A stretch of DNA of 64,000 bases from Sarea resinae. Taxonomy: Eukaryota. The stretch lies in NCBI GenBank assembly GCA_026026165.1, contig JAPEUD010000051.1, positions 62,001 to 126,000 on the forward strand. The letters run 5' to 3'. Shown in pieces: positions 25,280 through 38,100 of this stretch (the stretch's first letter is position 1; each line of letters opens with the position of its first letter). The translations under genes and the position numbers were made by a program. The notes beneath the pieces are model-generated. The model saw only the letters and a program-made list of their open reading frames with translations, made no database searches and was not told the DNA's origin.

Positions 25280-27308
25280 TCACATCCTAGAGTCCTCGAG
25301 TCAGCCTGAAACCCTCGACCAGAAATCCGGATGAGAACGGAGTATACCTCTCTACTGGCGTAAAGCCAAGTAGTCTCATGCCGTTCGCCAGCACCTGGCG
25401 CGCAGCATTGTACAACGCAGCCCTAGCCTGTGAAACGTCCTTTGTAGCTCCCATCACTTTGACATGGTCGTATCCCGAAGAAAGCTGGTGTGTAAGGCGG
25501 AAAAGGTAAGTGAGTATTGTCGAAGGCTCTACGGTCTTCATAGCATTGTGGGTCACATCAGGGTATTGAGCCATGAGCCGCAGAAGATCAACGGAGTGTT
25601 GCTCTTTGAGCAAAGAGAAATCAGCTTTTGCTAGCTCCTCGGGACGATACCCTGCTTTCCGCAAGATAGAACAGAGTCGAGCATGTGCATATTGGAGGTA
25701 TGGCCCCGTATCTCCTTCGAAAGAGGTCATTCTGGCGATATCGAACGGGTAATTGTTGATTCTTTTCCCGGACATGTCTTGCACCATAACCGCCGTCATG
25801 CCTAGAGTATCTGCCACGGCGTCCGGATCTTCCACTTGAGCGTATTTTGCCGCATTAGCCCTCATGACCTCATGCATCGCGCTACCGCATTCGTCTAAAA
25901 TATCGCTCAGAAGCGTCACGTTGCCAAGTCGAGAAGACATCCCTTGAACTTTCCCAAAGTTGATATGTTGAAGTTTCGCCGCGATATCCGGGAATCCCAT
26001 CAGTTCGATGGTCTTGAAAACGCGCCGAAAATAGAGATCTTGCTCAGCAGCTACAACATAGACCATTTTGTTGAAGGAGTATTTTTCGGCCCGTTCTAAG
26101 ATGGCTGCCACATCTCGAAGAAGATAGGTCGTTGTTCCCGTCCGATTGCGGACAACCGCTATGTCAAGGTTCTTAGCTCCATGAGCTTTGAAATTGATGA
26201 TCCATGAGCCTTGATCTTCTTCGTAAATGCCTTTCTCTTTCAGGATAGACTCGACTTTCTGGACTGTCTCTGGCTGGACTGTCGATTCTCCCGAGTATTC
26301 GTCGAAAGTGATATTGAGGCGGGCGTAGGTTGACACATAACGTTCAATGCTCACGTCCCGAAACCGCTTCCACAATGAGAGTGCTTCAGGATCTCTTTCC
26401 TCCATAAGTCGAAAAAATTCATTTCGCTCCGCGAAAATCCCCTTGGATTCGATCTCAGCAGGGTCTCCCCCTTCCTCTTTGGCTTTCTGACTAGCGGCTT
26501 TCTCGGGTTTGAACAAAGCGTTTATCCTCACGTATACATCGAGGAGGTGTCCTAGAGGATCGCGTTGGAAAAGCTCCTCGGATCCAAATCTCTTCCAACC
26601 AACAGCTAAGAGACCAAATTGCTTACCCCAGTCGCCAAGGTAATTAACCTTGACGACATCCCAGCCCATGCTCTTGTACAGATTCGAAATGAAGGCGCCT
26701 ATGATGGTGCTCCGCAAATGACCGGCATGAAATTCCTTGGCAATGTTAGGAGATGAGAATTCAACGACGACTTTTTTACGTCCGGCATCAGGGGATCCCT
26801 TGAGTCCGAACGATTGATTGTGACCATAAGTAGATGCGCGATCAAACACATAAGGCAGAAGCAGACATGATAAAGTGTTAGGGGAGAAGAAAAGAGGGAG
26901 GTGTATCCCTTTTGCCGAAGGCTGTTCGACCAGCACTGATTTAGGCACCTACATGTTGAGGCTCGAGTTGTCAGTGGGAGCATGTCAGAAAGCGGGACCT
27001 AGATGACCAGGTCACACCTTCGCAGCTAGTTCTTCTGCGAACTCATCGGGCCTGATATTCTTCAAGCGAAGTCGGGGAATCACCAGGACCAAGTCTCCTT
27101 TCGCGTGACCCTGGGTCCATTGCAACGAATCGTAGACCAAGGACGGGTCAGCATTGGTGAGTCTGGCGAAGATCTCCGCCAGATAGGAGCGATAGATATC
27201 CACGGGCTTCTCGAGAACGTGGGCATCGTTGAACTGTGGAATTGGAACCGCCAAACCCAGCTTGGACAATAGCGACTCAAGGCCGGGCACCGTGAGCGTG
27301 GTGGACAT
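25280..27308 (-). CDS. Arginyl-tRNA synthetase; 3 exons (last exon encodes only the end of R, then M, stop)
   Basis: VEFSSPNIAKEFHAGHLRSTIIG (HIGH), NYLGDWGKQFG, GDTGPYLQYAHARL; terminus VER|M* after intron 25287-25347. Confidence 0.93.
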
Positions 27309-27323
27309 GCTTGTCTGCACCCA

Positions 27324-27359
27324 GAAGAAGAAGAAGAAGAAGAAGAAGAAGAAGAAGAA
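27324..27359. repeat. (GAA)12 microsatellite in the ArgRS 5' region
   Basis: Direct inspection. Confidence 0.9.
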
Positions 27360-27697
27360 AACAGCAACAGCAATAGCATCAGCAACAACGTGCGACCAGC
27401 GCGAATGAGTCAGAGCCTTGATGAAATGATTCCATCGACGGACTTTGGCTACCTACCAAGGTTCCTTACTGCGATACTGTACCGTACTCGAGGCAGGCAG
27501 GATCGGGAAAATGTTGATCCGGAGTTGCAGATTCCGGTCTCTGTAAATATTGAAGACGGCATAGACGTGCACTTCATCCACGCTCCAGAACTTCAATCAG
27601 GACAGCACAAGGAATTGAGCCCATCTGCTTGGCCTCATCTACCGCAAAGTGTCTGCCTGCCTGCCTGCCTACCTGTTTACACCTTCTACTTCGTCCA

Positions 27698-29113
27698 ATG
27701 CCCACGATCTTCCGCTCCATCATGTCGAACCCACCGCCGGGCAAGATCCTCGAAGGCGTCTTCGCAATCAACAAGCCCGCCGCCATCAGCTCGGCGCAGA
27801 CCCTGCGCAACCTCCAAACGCACTTCAACCCCTCGGCCCTGTTCGCGCCCTGGCTGCACGCGGAACGGTCGCGCCGCACGCTCGAGTCCTCGCGCCAGCG
27901 GTCGCGCCGCCGCGACAAGCGGCCCCTGCAGGTCAAGCTCGGCCACGGCGGCACGCTGGACCCGCTGGCCACGGGCGTGCTGATCGCCGGCGTGGGCAAG
28001 GGCACCAAGGAGCTGCAGGGCTTCCTCGAATGCACCAAGTCGTACGAGGCCATCGTGCTGTTCGGCGTCGCGACCGACTCGTACGACCGGCTGGGCAAGG
28101 TGCTGAAGCGGGCGCCGTACGCGCACGTCACGCGCAAAAAGGTCGAGCAGGCTCTGCAGAGGTTCAGGGGCAAGATCATGCAGCGGCCGCCCATCTTCTC
28201 GGCGTTGAGGGTCCAGGGCAAGCGCTTGTATGAGTATGCGCGCGAGGGCAAAGAGGTGCCGGTTGAGATCCAAGAGAGGCCGGTCGAGGTGCTCGAGCTG
28301 GAGATTCTGGAGTGGTGGGATGGCGGGGAACACGAATATACGTGGCCGACGGAGGAGGCCGAGACAGAGGAGAAGGTTGTTGCAGAGCAAGTGCTGCATT
28401 TGGAGGAGAAGGCCGAGAAGGGTGAGAAAGCCGAGAAGGCCGAGGTTCAATCTGCAACAGCAGCAGCAGCAGCAGCATCGACGTCAACATCTACATCTGC
28501 GCAAAAGAGGCCCCTCTCTGAAACAGAAACAGGAGAAGAAGGTGTAGCTTCATCCAGCGCCACCGACACAGCACCGCCCGCCAAACGTCATCAAGCCGAG
28601 CCCTCATCCGACACCACCCCTCTCCCTTCGCAACCTCAACAACAACAACAACAACCGCCTGTTACCGCCTCTCCACCCCCCAAGACCAACCCCACTCAAG
28701 CGCAGCCCCCCGCCCTCCGCCTCCGTCTCACATCAACCTCAGGCTTCTACGTGCGCAGCCTATGCCACGACCTCGGGCTCGCCGTCGACTCGCTGGCCAT
28801 AATGAGCGAGCTGACGCGCACGCGCCAGGGGGATTTCGAACTGGGGCGAAACGTGCTCGAGTACGATGATCTGGACAAGGGGGAGGAAGTGTGGGGACCG
28901 CGCGTGGCGTCGATGTTGGAGGCGTGGGAGGAGGGCACGGGTAAAGGGAAGGCGAAGGGGAAGAGCGACGGGAAGAGCCGGTCGGCTTCGCCTGAGGGGT
29001 TGTCTGGGGCTGCGATGGGGGCCCAGAAGAAGGGGCCGAGCACGCCGGAGAAGAGGGAACGTTCTTCTCCTGAGAAGGAGGTGCTTCACGAGGAGATGAA
29101 GACCGAGGCGTAG
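27698..29113 (+). CDS. PUS4: tRNA pseudouridine-55 synthase (TruB family); intronless
   Basis: GVFAINKP, KLGHGGTLDPLATGVL (catalytic Asp), QRPPIFSAL...GKRLYEYAR, SGFYVRSLCHDLG. In-frame ATGs at 27698 and 27722. Confidence 0.92.
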   Translation: MPTIFRSIMSNPPPGKILEGVFAINKPAAISSAQTLRNLQTHFNPSALFAPWLHAERSRRTLESSRQRSRRRDKRPLQVKLGHGGTLDPLATGVLIAGVGKGTKELQGFLECTKSYEAIVLFGVATDSYDRLGKVLKRAPYAHVTRKKVEQALQRFRGKIMQRPPIFSALRVQGKRLYEYAREGKEVPVEIQERPVEVLELEILEWWDGGEHEYTWPTEEAETEEKVVAEQVLHLEEKAEKGEKAEKAEVQSATAAAAAASTSTSTSAQKRPLSETETGEEGVASSSATDTAPPAKRHQAEPSSDTTPLPSQPQQQQQQPPVTASPPPKTNPTQAQPPALRLRLTSTSGFYVRSLCHDLGLAVDSLAIMSELTRTRQGDFELGRNVLEYDDLDKGEEVWGPRVASMLEAWEEGTGKGKAKGKSDGKSRSASPEGLSGAAMGAQKKGPSTPEKRERSSPEKEVLHEEMKTEA

Positions 29114-29665
29114 GGCTCAGCCGCGTGGAATCGAATCCAGAAATCGTTATTTATAACATCCACCCATCCAATGCGTCCGTCGGTTCACCCCACGATGCTG
29201 AAATTCCGCTGCAACCTTACGTGGTCGGTTGGACGGAGGAGAAATTAACAAGACACAACGCTACTACACAAGACAATACGATAAATCATCCAACCCTCCC
29301 AATGCAAGTCGATTCTCTAGCTTCTTTTCTATCTGTGCTCATCAGAAAGAAATACGGCAAAATGCAAAACCATCAAAGACGAAACGCGAGGGTGAGAGAT
29401 TACGACTCCGGGTATCAAGGAGAGGGAGAGGGAGAGACAGAGACCCCACGCCGAACACTCCCCAAAAACCGGCTGGAAACCCCTTTCTTTCTGTGGAAGG
29501 GAAAGGAGAAGAAGGAAAGAAAGAAAACAAGGAGAGCTGATGATCTTATGGGACTAGCCCAGATGCGTCTCTAACGCTTGAAAGAAAATTAGAAAATCAA
29601 TGCCATAGAAGTCCCAAAATCGAAAAATTGAGAATCGAAACGATGAAACGAAAGAGTATGCCACC

Positions 29666-31536
29666 TCACAGGTGGATTGCACTTCCCTTCCTGGTATGGC
29701 CAGGACCTTGCTCATCCTCCCTCTCTTGCTGCTCTTCCTCTCTCCGCTCTTCCCTATCGGTAAGGCTTTCGTGGCCTTCCCATCCCTCTAGCACCTCTCC
29801 CTCTCCGTCTTCCTCGCCAACTCTTAGCACGCCATCCTCGCTCCCTTCCTCCTCCTTGTCCTCGTGATTGACGAATATGAAGCTGAGGAAGACGACACAG
29901 GCGCCGATCCAATAGGCCAGAGAACTCTTCTGAGAATTGAGGATCATCTGGCCGACGAGCGAGAGGGGAATCGTGAGACTTAGACCGACTGTTACGACGA
30001 GCGGCGAGGTCAGGAGCATGGCGTAAGCCCAGCAGAAGTCTGAGAGGAGCGACGTGGCGGAATTGGTCTATTGAAGTTGTCAGTCTTGGGACTTAAGTAA
30101 CTCCTGAAGGCCATTTTCTATGATCAAGATTCGAGGTAGATGGAGAGGCAGGCGGAAGAAGAAGGCCGAAAAGGAGAGTTAAGACCCACAAGAACAATAA
30201 GCCAAACCCGCCCCGTCGGCGGTAGCTGAAACTTTTCTTCGCCGAGCAGATGCAGGATGACAAAGCCGGGCCAAAGCAAGAGCACATTGAACAATCCGAC
30301 CAGTCCAAAGAAAAGCGGCATGTTGACTCTCGCCTCATCACCGATACGCTTCTTCATCAGGATTGAATAGAATCCATACATGATGGCGCCGACACAGGCC
30401 ATGGCGTCGCCGATAGCGACCTGTCTGTGGGATTTATGCGGGAAGGAGCCGCGGTCCTTGTCATTCTCGCCGTTGAGGTCCATGGTAGAAACCAGGACAA
30501 TGCCGGCCATGGAGGCAAAGACGCCGAAGGTTTTCTTGACGGAGAATTTCTCTACAGCGAAAAGGGCGCCGAAGATAAGGGTCCAGATGCCTGCCGATGT
30601 TAGCCTGGGAAATAGGATATTGGGAGCCATGTGGGGTACGCAACTGCTTGTTGATGTTAGGATGGTGGAGCTGGCTACGGTTGTGTATTCTAGACAGGCT
30701 GCGGCGAAATAGTTCGCCTTGAGGCTCATTAGTAATTGATATAAGAAGTGATTACTTTCACATACCGCAAACTGTTGTTGTTGCTGTTAGCTACATCAAG
30801 CATACTCGAATCATGGGAACTCACCCAAAGAAAGCAAAACTCTAAGCTCAACTTGGCGGTTTCTCGAATGTCAAGTCGCTCGTCGGCCACAGCGACGCCT
30901 CTTTCTGGATATGAATGATGAGAACCTCCAAGTGGCTCCTCTCTCAACAGAGGACTAGACGTTCCTTCATCTCCATGCTCATCCTCGTCCTCGTCATCAG
31001 GCTTGAGGATGGATGTCTGCTCCTCATCTGACATTCGACGAGGAGAGCCACTGGGCCAACTTCTCAGAAGTGACTGGAAAGTGAACGGAATGCCTGAGCG
31101 GTGGTTCTGGTGCATCTTCCTGAGCGCAATGGGTATCAAGGAGAGGGCAAAGAATGCAGTATTGATGTAGGTCACGAAATATGGCTTCGAATATGTGTTA
31201 TCGGCGAAGATAGTCTAGCGGGGGCGAAGTCAGCAATGAGTCGCGGAGACGTGGGATATCACACGCAATGAATAGGCTGCTCACACTAGCTAGGAAATTG
31301 GACACGGTCCATAAGATGACAGTCGCGAGCAGAAGCGTGATCCCCAATGTGCGTCGCGCAAGGCCCAGCAATGCTGACTTGCCGTGGGCCTCATGATGTG
31401 AGGCTCGTGAAGCCTGCCTCGACAACGGCCAGTGAGATCTGATCGACTCCGAAATGCGACGATGAGGGTGATGCAAGACGGGTACGGTAAAGTCGCTGGC
31501 CGCAGACGGGGGTATGGGGGCTGCCGTGCTCGTCAT
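29666..31536 (-). CDS. EamA/DMT-superfamily membrane transporter (Thi74/YML018C-like); includes a 6-nt microexon
   Basis: TYSKPYFVTYINT, ETAKLSLEFCFLW|FA|ANYF, TTVASSTILTSTS, LLTSPLVVTVGLSLTIPLS; many hydrophobic segments. Confidence 0.85.
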
Positions 31537-32313
31537 AGCGAGGGATGAGGGTGAGACCTGCTGAGTCGAAGATGAAGATGTCTGCGATGTTGTCCTTATC
31601 ACCGATGGCACCGCTTCCCCATGAGAATGTAGATGCGAAGATGTAAATGCGAAAGATCCTGCTTCCGCACTGTCCCAAAACGATAGATGGGGGAGTGGCT
31701 GAGGATGCGAATGCTTCGACAACAGACCGGCCTGGTTTGTTTCGGGATGGTCGCTGAAACTGGCAGCCGGTCACTCTCTGGTCACGACGTCGTAATGTAG
31801 AGTCGCATAATAATCATGAATACGATGAATACATCCCCGCACTATCCGCTATCCGCTATCGCCATGTATACTGTATCCACCATCCATGATAGTGCTTGAT
31901 CCTTTACCTACCTGATGCATTCGCACGGCTCAATTATATACCTACCTTACTTACTTGCTCGAGCATTAAACCACAGGGAACCATCGTCAATATCAGTCAA
32001 TGCATGTGAGATATGTAGATGACCAATGCTGTTGATATGTCATTTCGGTATACACCACAGCTTGCCCGGCAGCCTACAGACTAAAGGGAAGAAGAGAAGA
32101 AAGAAGGCATACAACAAGAACATGGGTTAGAGGATATATCAAAAAATAAAAACAAGCCATGCCGAATACGCCCGCAATGGAGAAGGAGATCCGATCGAAT
32201 CAGTGCAGAACAAAGCCCGACGGCGCCTTCAAGTTCGCGATATCGATCACTGTAAGCACTCCTCTTGTCATAGCCAAACATCTCACATATCTCGCTGGAT
32301 CGCCTCGCCCTCT

Positions 32314-33346
<1,033 letters not shown>

Positions 33347-34055
33347 GTTTGATGTCTGTATTTGAAGTCGTTTGAGGGAGTGGGCTCAGTTCTCGGACCA
33401 ATCGATCAAGAAGATGTAGCTGAATTGTGTGGATAGATATTCAGCTTCTATTACAGGAGTAGAAGCTTGATGGGATGGAACAATGGAAGTGGCAGTGATG
33501 GTGTCGAAGCTCTGAACAGCGGATATGGGATATGGGATATGGTGGCTCGGCCAAGGTACTACTGAAGTAGATGGGAGATGCCGTCAGGTCGATGCTCGCC
33601 CCATGTCATCGACTCTGAGTACGGTTCGCATCCAATGCTCTTGTGACTGGCTCGCCTACCCAATACGGTCTAGCCTCTGCTGCCCCTAGAGCACTGCGGT
33701 AGAGGGTGTTGATCGGTGATGCTTCCATCTGCACCAAAGATCGAGCTTTCACGATTCAGAGTGTTCGGTCACGTTACGAGAATTAAGAGATTGAATAGCA
33801 ATTTCAGGCGAGGAGACGACTTCATCTTCGTTACATGCCAATGGATCATACAGATCTGGTAGATTCACATTCTTCGTTTCCTTTCAGCCTGTACGACTAG
33901 GATCTTGTGTTGATCAACATTATCCGTTCCTGGAATCCCCTCATTCGACCCATTGCTTGCATCAGATACCCAATTATCGTCATTTTGCTGTCTTTCCGGC
34001 TTTCCACGGTGGACCTGATACGACTCCCGGTCGAGCGCAAGAATCAATACCCTGC

Positions 34056-34874
34056 CTAATCATGCCCATGCCTTTTGGATTGGTTCATCACACAATCCGC
34101 GAGACGACGGTCTGAAATGTCCCAGCACATCTCGCAACGGGACTTCCTAGCCATCCACCGAATTATCTCAACATGTTTGCGCGTCGTTGCCGCCGGAATC
34201 TTCCATCTCTCTGCATCTTCATCATGCTTCCAGCCGGTTCGTTGAAAGGAGCTCACTGTGAACCCAAATGAAAGATCCTCTTTGCCCGCAACTTCTCGAG
34301 GTCTGTCTCTACCTGGATAAAAAGCATAGACCAGTACGAATCCCGATCCTCTCACCTGCAGCACGGTGGTTGATGTGGATATGTGCAAGGTTGTTTCGAT
34401 TAGCACACAGTCGTCCAGTGGATTTGGCTTTATCGAGCGAAATGCGTTTGGCCATCTTTCACAGTCAAGACGACTTCTGGCATGTATATATAGCAGAGCT
34501 TCCAAGTGCCAAGTGCATATTTAATCGCCAACCTTCTCGATAATCGAGGTCCATTCTCCAGATGAAGCATCGGCATTGTACTCGCCGGAGCGGGTTTTAG
34601 TAGCCTTTCTCAAGTCCCTGCAGTACCGGCCACAGAAGTCTCTCACAACGAGGCAGCAAGGGAACTCATCCCCCGAACAAGTAGATCCAGTCTTTCGGCT
34701 TTCGATATCTGTCGTCTTAACAAGCAAAGGGCGGGAATGATTCGCATCCTGTCCTGAGCTGCTGTAGCCGCCGCGTCGAAGGGTGTGGATACCACTGTCA
34801 TTCGGCAGTACCTGTCTCAATGACATTACGGAGGGAGTTGCTACTCCATCTAATAGGTCGCGAAGACAAGCCAT
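34056..34874 (-). pseudogene. Putative disrupted gene of unknown family (272 codons, one internal TAA)
   Basis: ORFs 34521..34874 and 34056..34505 are in the same frame, separated by a single TAA at 34521-34523. ATG context gaaATGG. No homology recognised. Confidence 0.35.
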
Positions 34875-35199
34875 TTCTAACTCGTGTCTAGAATTTCTAT
34901 GACGTTGTAGTGATAATGTTTGTTGTGACGCGCGCGAAAAACTGGATTCTCGTGCTGTACTCTCAGCTTTAGTAATAACATTAAAGGTGAAGGAAAGAGC
35001 GTATACCTGCAGGATTTAAGAGTGGAACCCTCTAAAGCCACTAGCTATGCCGTTATAGATTCTGGTCGAAAAGCCTTTGTCCTGTAGTATATTGATAACA
35101 TAGAGATACAGACCTTTAGTGTACTTCTAATAAGAGCTAGAAAGAGGGAGTATGCTTGTGGCCTGCAAATACTATCTCATGAGACAACTCGCTGGTATC

Positions 35200-38100
35200 T
35201 CTGCTGAGCCTCTATTCCCCGTAGATCGTCCTCAACTGCCAGTGCCCGACTTTTTTTGCACCACTGCTGAACCAGACCAGCTCGTTGAGCCTTTTCACTC
35301 GGCGGGAGACTCTTTCAGTGTCTTTCGTATGCAAAGGAAATGTCCTGAAAAGCGGTAGCACAGCAGTTGTTCCATGCATATTGGTTCCTTGATCGGCCGT
35401 TAGTCTGCCGATTTCCAGCATCTGCCTTGCGTAGGTTTGTACAGGGCTGCTGTATGAGGTCTTTCTCTTTCGACCTTTCTGTTCTCTCTGTACACTGACA
35501 GCTGCCCCCTCTGAGGCGCACATCGGCTGGACTCTTGACCGTCTCAGAAAGCACTGCGAGCACTTATCAAACAAAGCTGGAAGCAGAGGTCTGTGGAGCA
35601 GGCGCAGAAGACGGAGCAGGCAAACCGCCTAGAAATATGCGGGAAGCTTCATCGTCGATCACAACGACAGTCGTGTAATTGCCGACAAAACCTCTCCTTT
35701 GTCCTCGTCGGAAGCGACCCTCGAATTCTCCATGCTCTCTGTGTACAATCTGGAGTCAGACCATTGCATTACTCTTTACTCTTTTTTTGTTGAAAGACAT
35801 CAACCTTTAGTCTCAAAAGATGGCTGTGAGTATCGAGAATGTTTCCGACCTTAATCGCTTCAAGTGCCCCTTTAGTCTTTCTTTCCCAACCGCGGCATAG
35901 AATGAATAGGAACGTCCCCTCGCACGCGAACAGGTATCGGTACACGGACACCGATAGTTTTGAAAAGGAGCTGAAGAACAAAAACTTTCAATTTGGATGT
36001 TAATGCTGCCGCCTCCCCTCCCTCTTCCACCTCTTCCTCCCCTCTTCCCCCCTCTGCCCCCGCTGTAGACGGGGCTGCAACAATCCTTAGCCATGTGGCC
36101 CCATCAATAGTCCTCACTATATTCTTCCAGGACATCAGACTTATGCGTTCTTTGTCCAGTGTGTTTTGTCTTGCGGAATGGCGCTCTGGATAGCAAGCAT
36201 AATTCTGAGCACTTTCGGCCTGGCCGTATCAATACTCAGGACTCAGGAGTATTATCAATTTCTCCCGCTTTTGCTACCCCTTTCATACGGTTGCTTTGAC
36301 CTCGTTCTTGGGTTGTCTTTCAATAATTGTGCGTTTCTTCCTGATAGATTTGTGTCTCTTTCTGACTATCCCGACTCTTCTAATCGAGTGTGCACAGTGT
36401 CTAGTTGCTTCTTCGGCCTTCCAGTCACATCTCTCCGTTGCGGCTCTGACATATTCATCGGCTCTGTCTTTCTGTTGGAGCTCTAGTCTTATCGCTCGAC
36501 TGCCCCTGTCATCTCCTCAGGCTTTCATCTTCACTCTTCATCATCATCGCTGACAGCTGTCTCTTTGACCGGGCTGAGTAACGCGTATAGTTTCTTTTGG
36601 ATTGCAAACTGTGGATGCATATCTCAAGGCCTGGGACTGAGCAAAAAGCTTTGATGGCTTTTGCCAGCGAGGAGCTACCTGTATCACGCCAATGGAATGA
36701 AGCATCCTCATCAGGTCACTACCGTGTAGTCTCTACTGTCTTCCTCGAATTCGTCCTTGATATTTCCCAGCATTCATTATCCATAGACCGTTTGCCTTGC
36801 TCATCTGCCCTGACTATGACCAAAACACCAAGTGTTTTGTACGGTGATTTCTATTATGGTTTGAGGCAGTATTGCCACTGTCGACCAGTCATCATTGAGA
36901 GACCACCTCAGCGACGCTCATGAACCAGTCCATTGGATGTTTGCTGCTCTCCGCTTCAAGGCGACTTGTGTACAACGAGCTTCATTTGTCGCCGACTTGT
37001 TTAGCTCTTCTTGCGTGATTTCGTTGGATTTTCAGCGCTGCTGCCATCTTTACCAGCGAAATGAAATAGAGGAATCCTCAAACATAGTTGGCAGAGAATA
37101 TTATATCCGACCAATCAGGAGCATTCTTCGGTTGAAGTCTTCGCTGTATATACTGCGTGTTCCCGTGCTTTATGAGAATATCATGGTCTCATTCGTCCGA
37201 TTCATCAATGAGTTCCTCTGCAATTTGCTTTTTCAATTCTCGCAGCTTTTTCTAACTGACTTGGAACATCGTCATCTGAGTCGGCCCTATCCGAAATGGC
37301 GAGCGATGTTGCTCGGTCGCTCCGTCTGCTTCTGCTTCCGAGAGAAGGCTGTCATTGAACGATATGGTTTTTTCAGACGACCGGCTAGAGACGGTGACAA
37401 TTTGGCGATTGTCACAATTTCTTCGACGTTCTTCAAGCAGCGGAATTTCCGCTAATCATGTTTACCATGTGCTACATATTCTCATTCTGTGATCGTCCAT
37501 AAGAAGGAGCCTGCTCAGACAAGATGGCAATCGGAATCGAAGCTATTGCCTCTTAGCAAGCGCCACTAGCTGCCAGGGATACGCCCGAGATCGCCGTCAT
37601 TGTTCTCCATAGTAGTTTCGTGTTTCAGTGGTCGACTTCGTGTTCCGGAGTGATTATACAGTGTCTTGGCTTGCCCCTGGCCGGCACTGGAGCATGTCGC
37701 TTGGTCTTCTTTGGCCGGGTTGACCTGTGCTACAAGACTTCTGCAGCTTGTTTTGTGAATTGACTATAGGAGCAATTCCATTATTACCAATGCGGCTCGA
37801 AGCTGGACCTCACTTGAAAGCGGAAAGTTCCAAATATGTCGTGTCCAGAAACAGAATAAAGGGTTGATTTCGGTATCCTTCTCTCGCTCAACTTGCGATT
37901 GAGTCCTGGTTCGAGACGCTGTCTATCCGACAGACTGTGGGTATGATATCGCCCCACATAACATCCATTTGAGAGGATAGAGTTTGTGCAGAATCGTCAG
38001 ACTTTTTGCAGTCGTGTGTGTCCGTTCCTTTGCACGGCTGATCATGAATAGAAGCTGGTCCTGTAGCATGTCAACCTCTTTTGATGCATCAAGTTATAGT

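Noticed and set aside
29140..29165. Possible tRNA T-arm (rc GGATTCGATTCC near 29130)
   Set aside because: Imperfect T-loop and no cloverleaf or A-box.
29666..31800. TPP riboswitch in the Thi74-like transporter gene
   Set aside because: No CUGAGA...AUACC...GAUAA-type aptamer core found in its introns or leader.
35990..36075. RGG-box or formin-like polyproline gene (ORF 35813..36094)
   Set aside because: A short purine/pyrimidine low-complexity tract readable as RGG, poly-Glu/Gly or poly-Pro depending on frame; no supporting domain.
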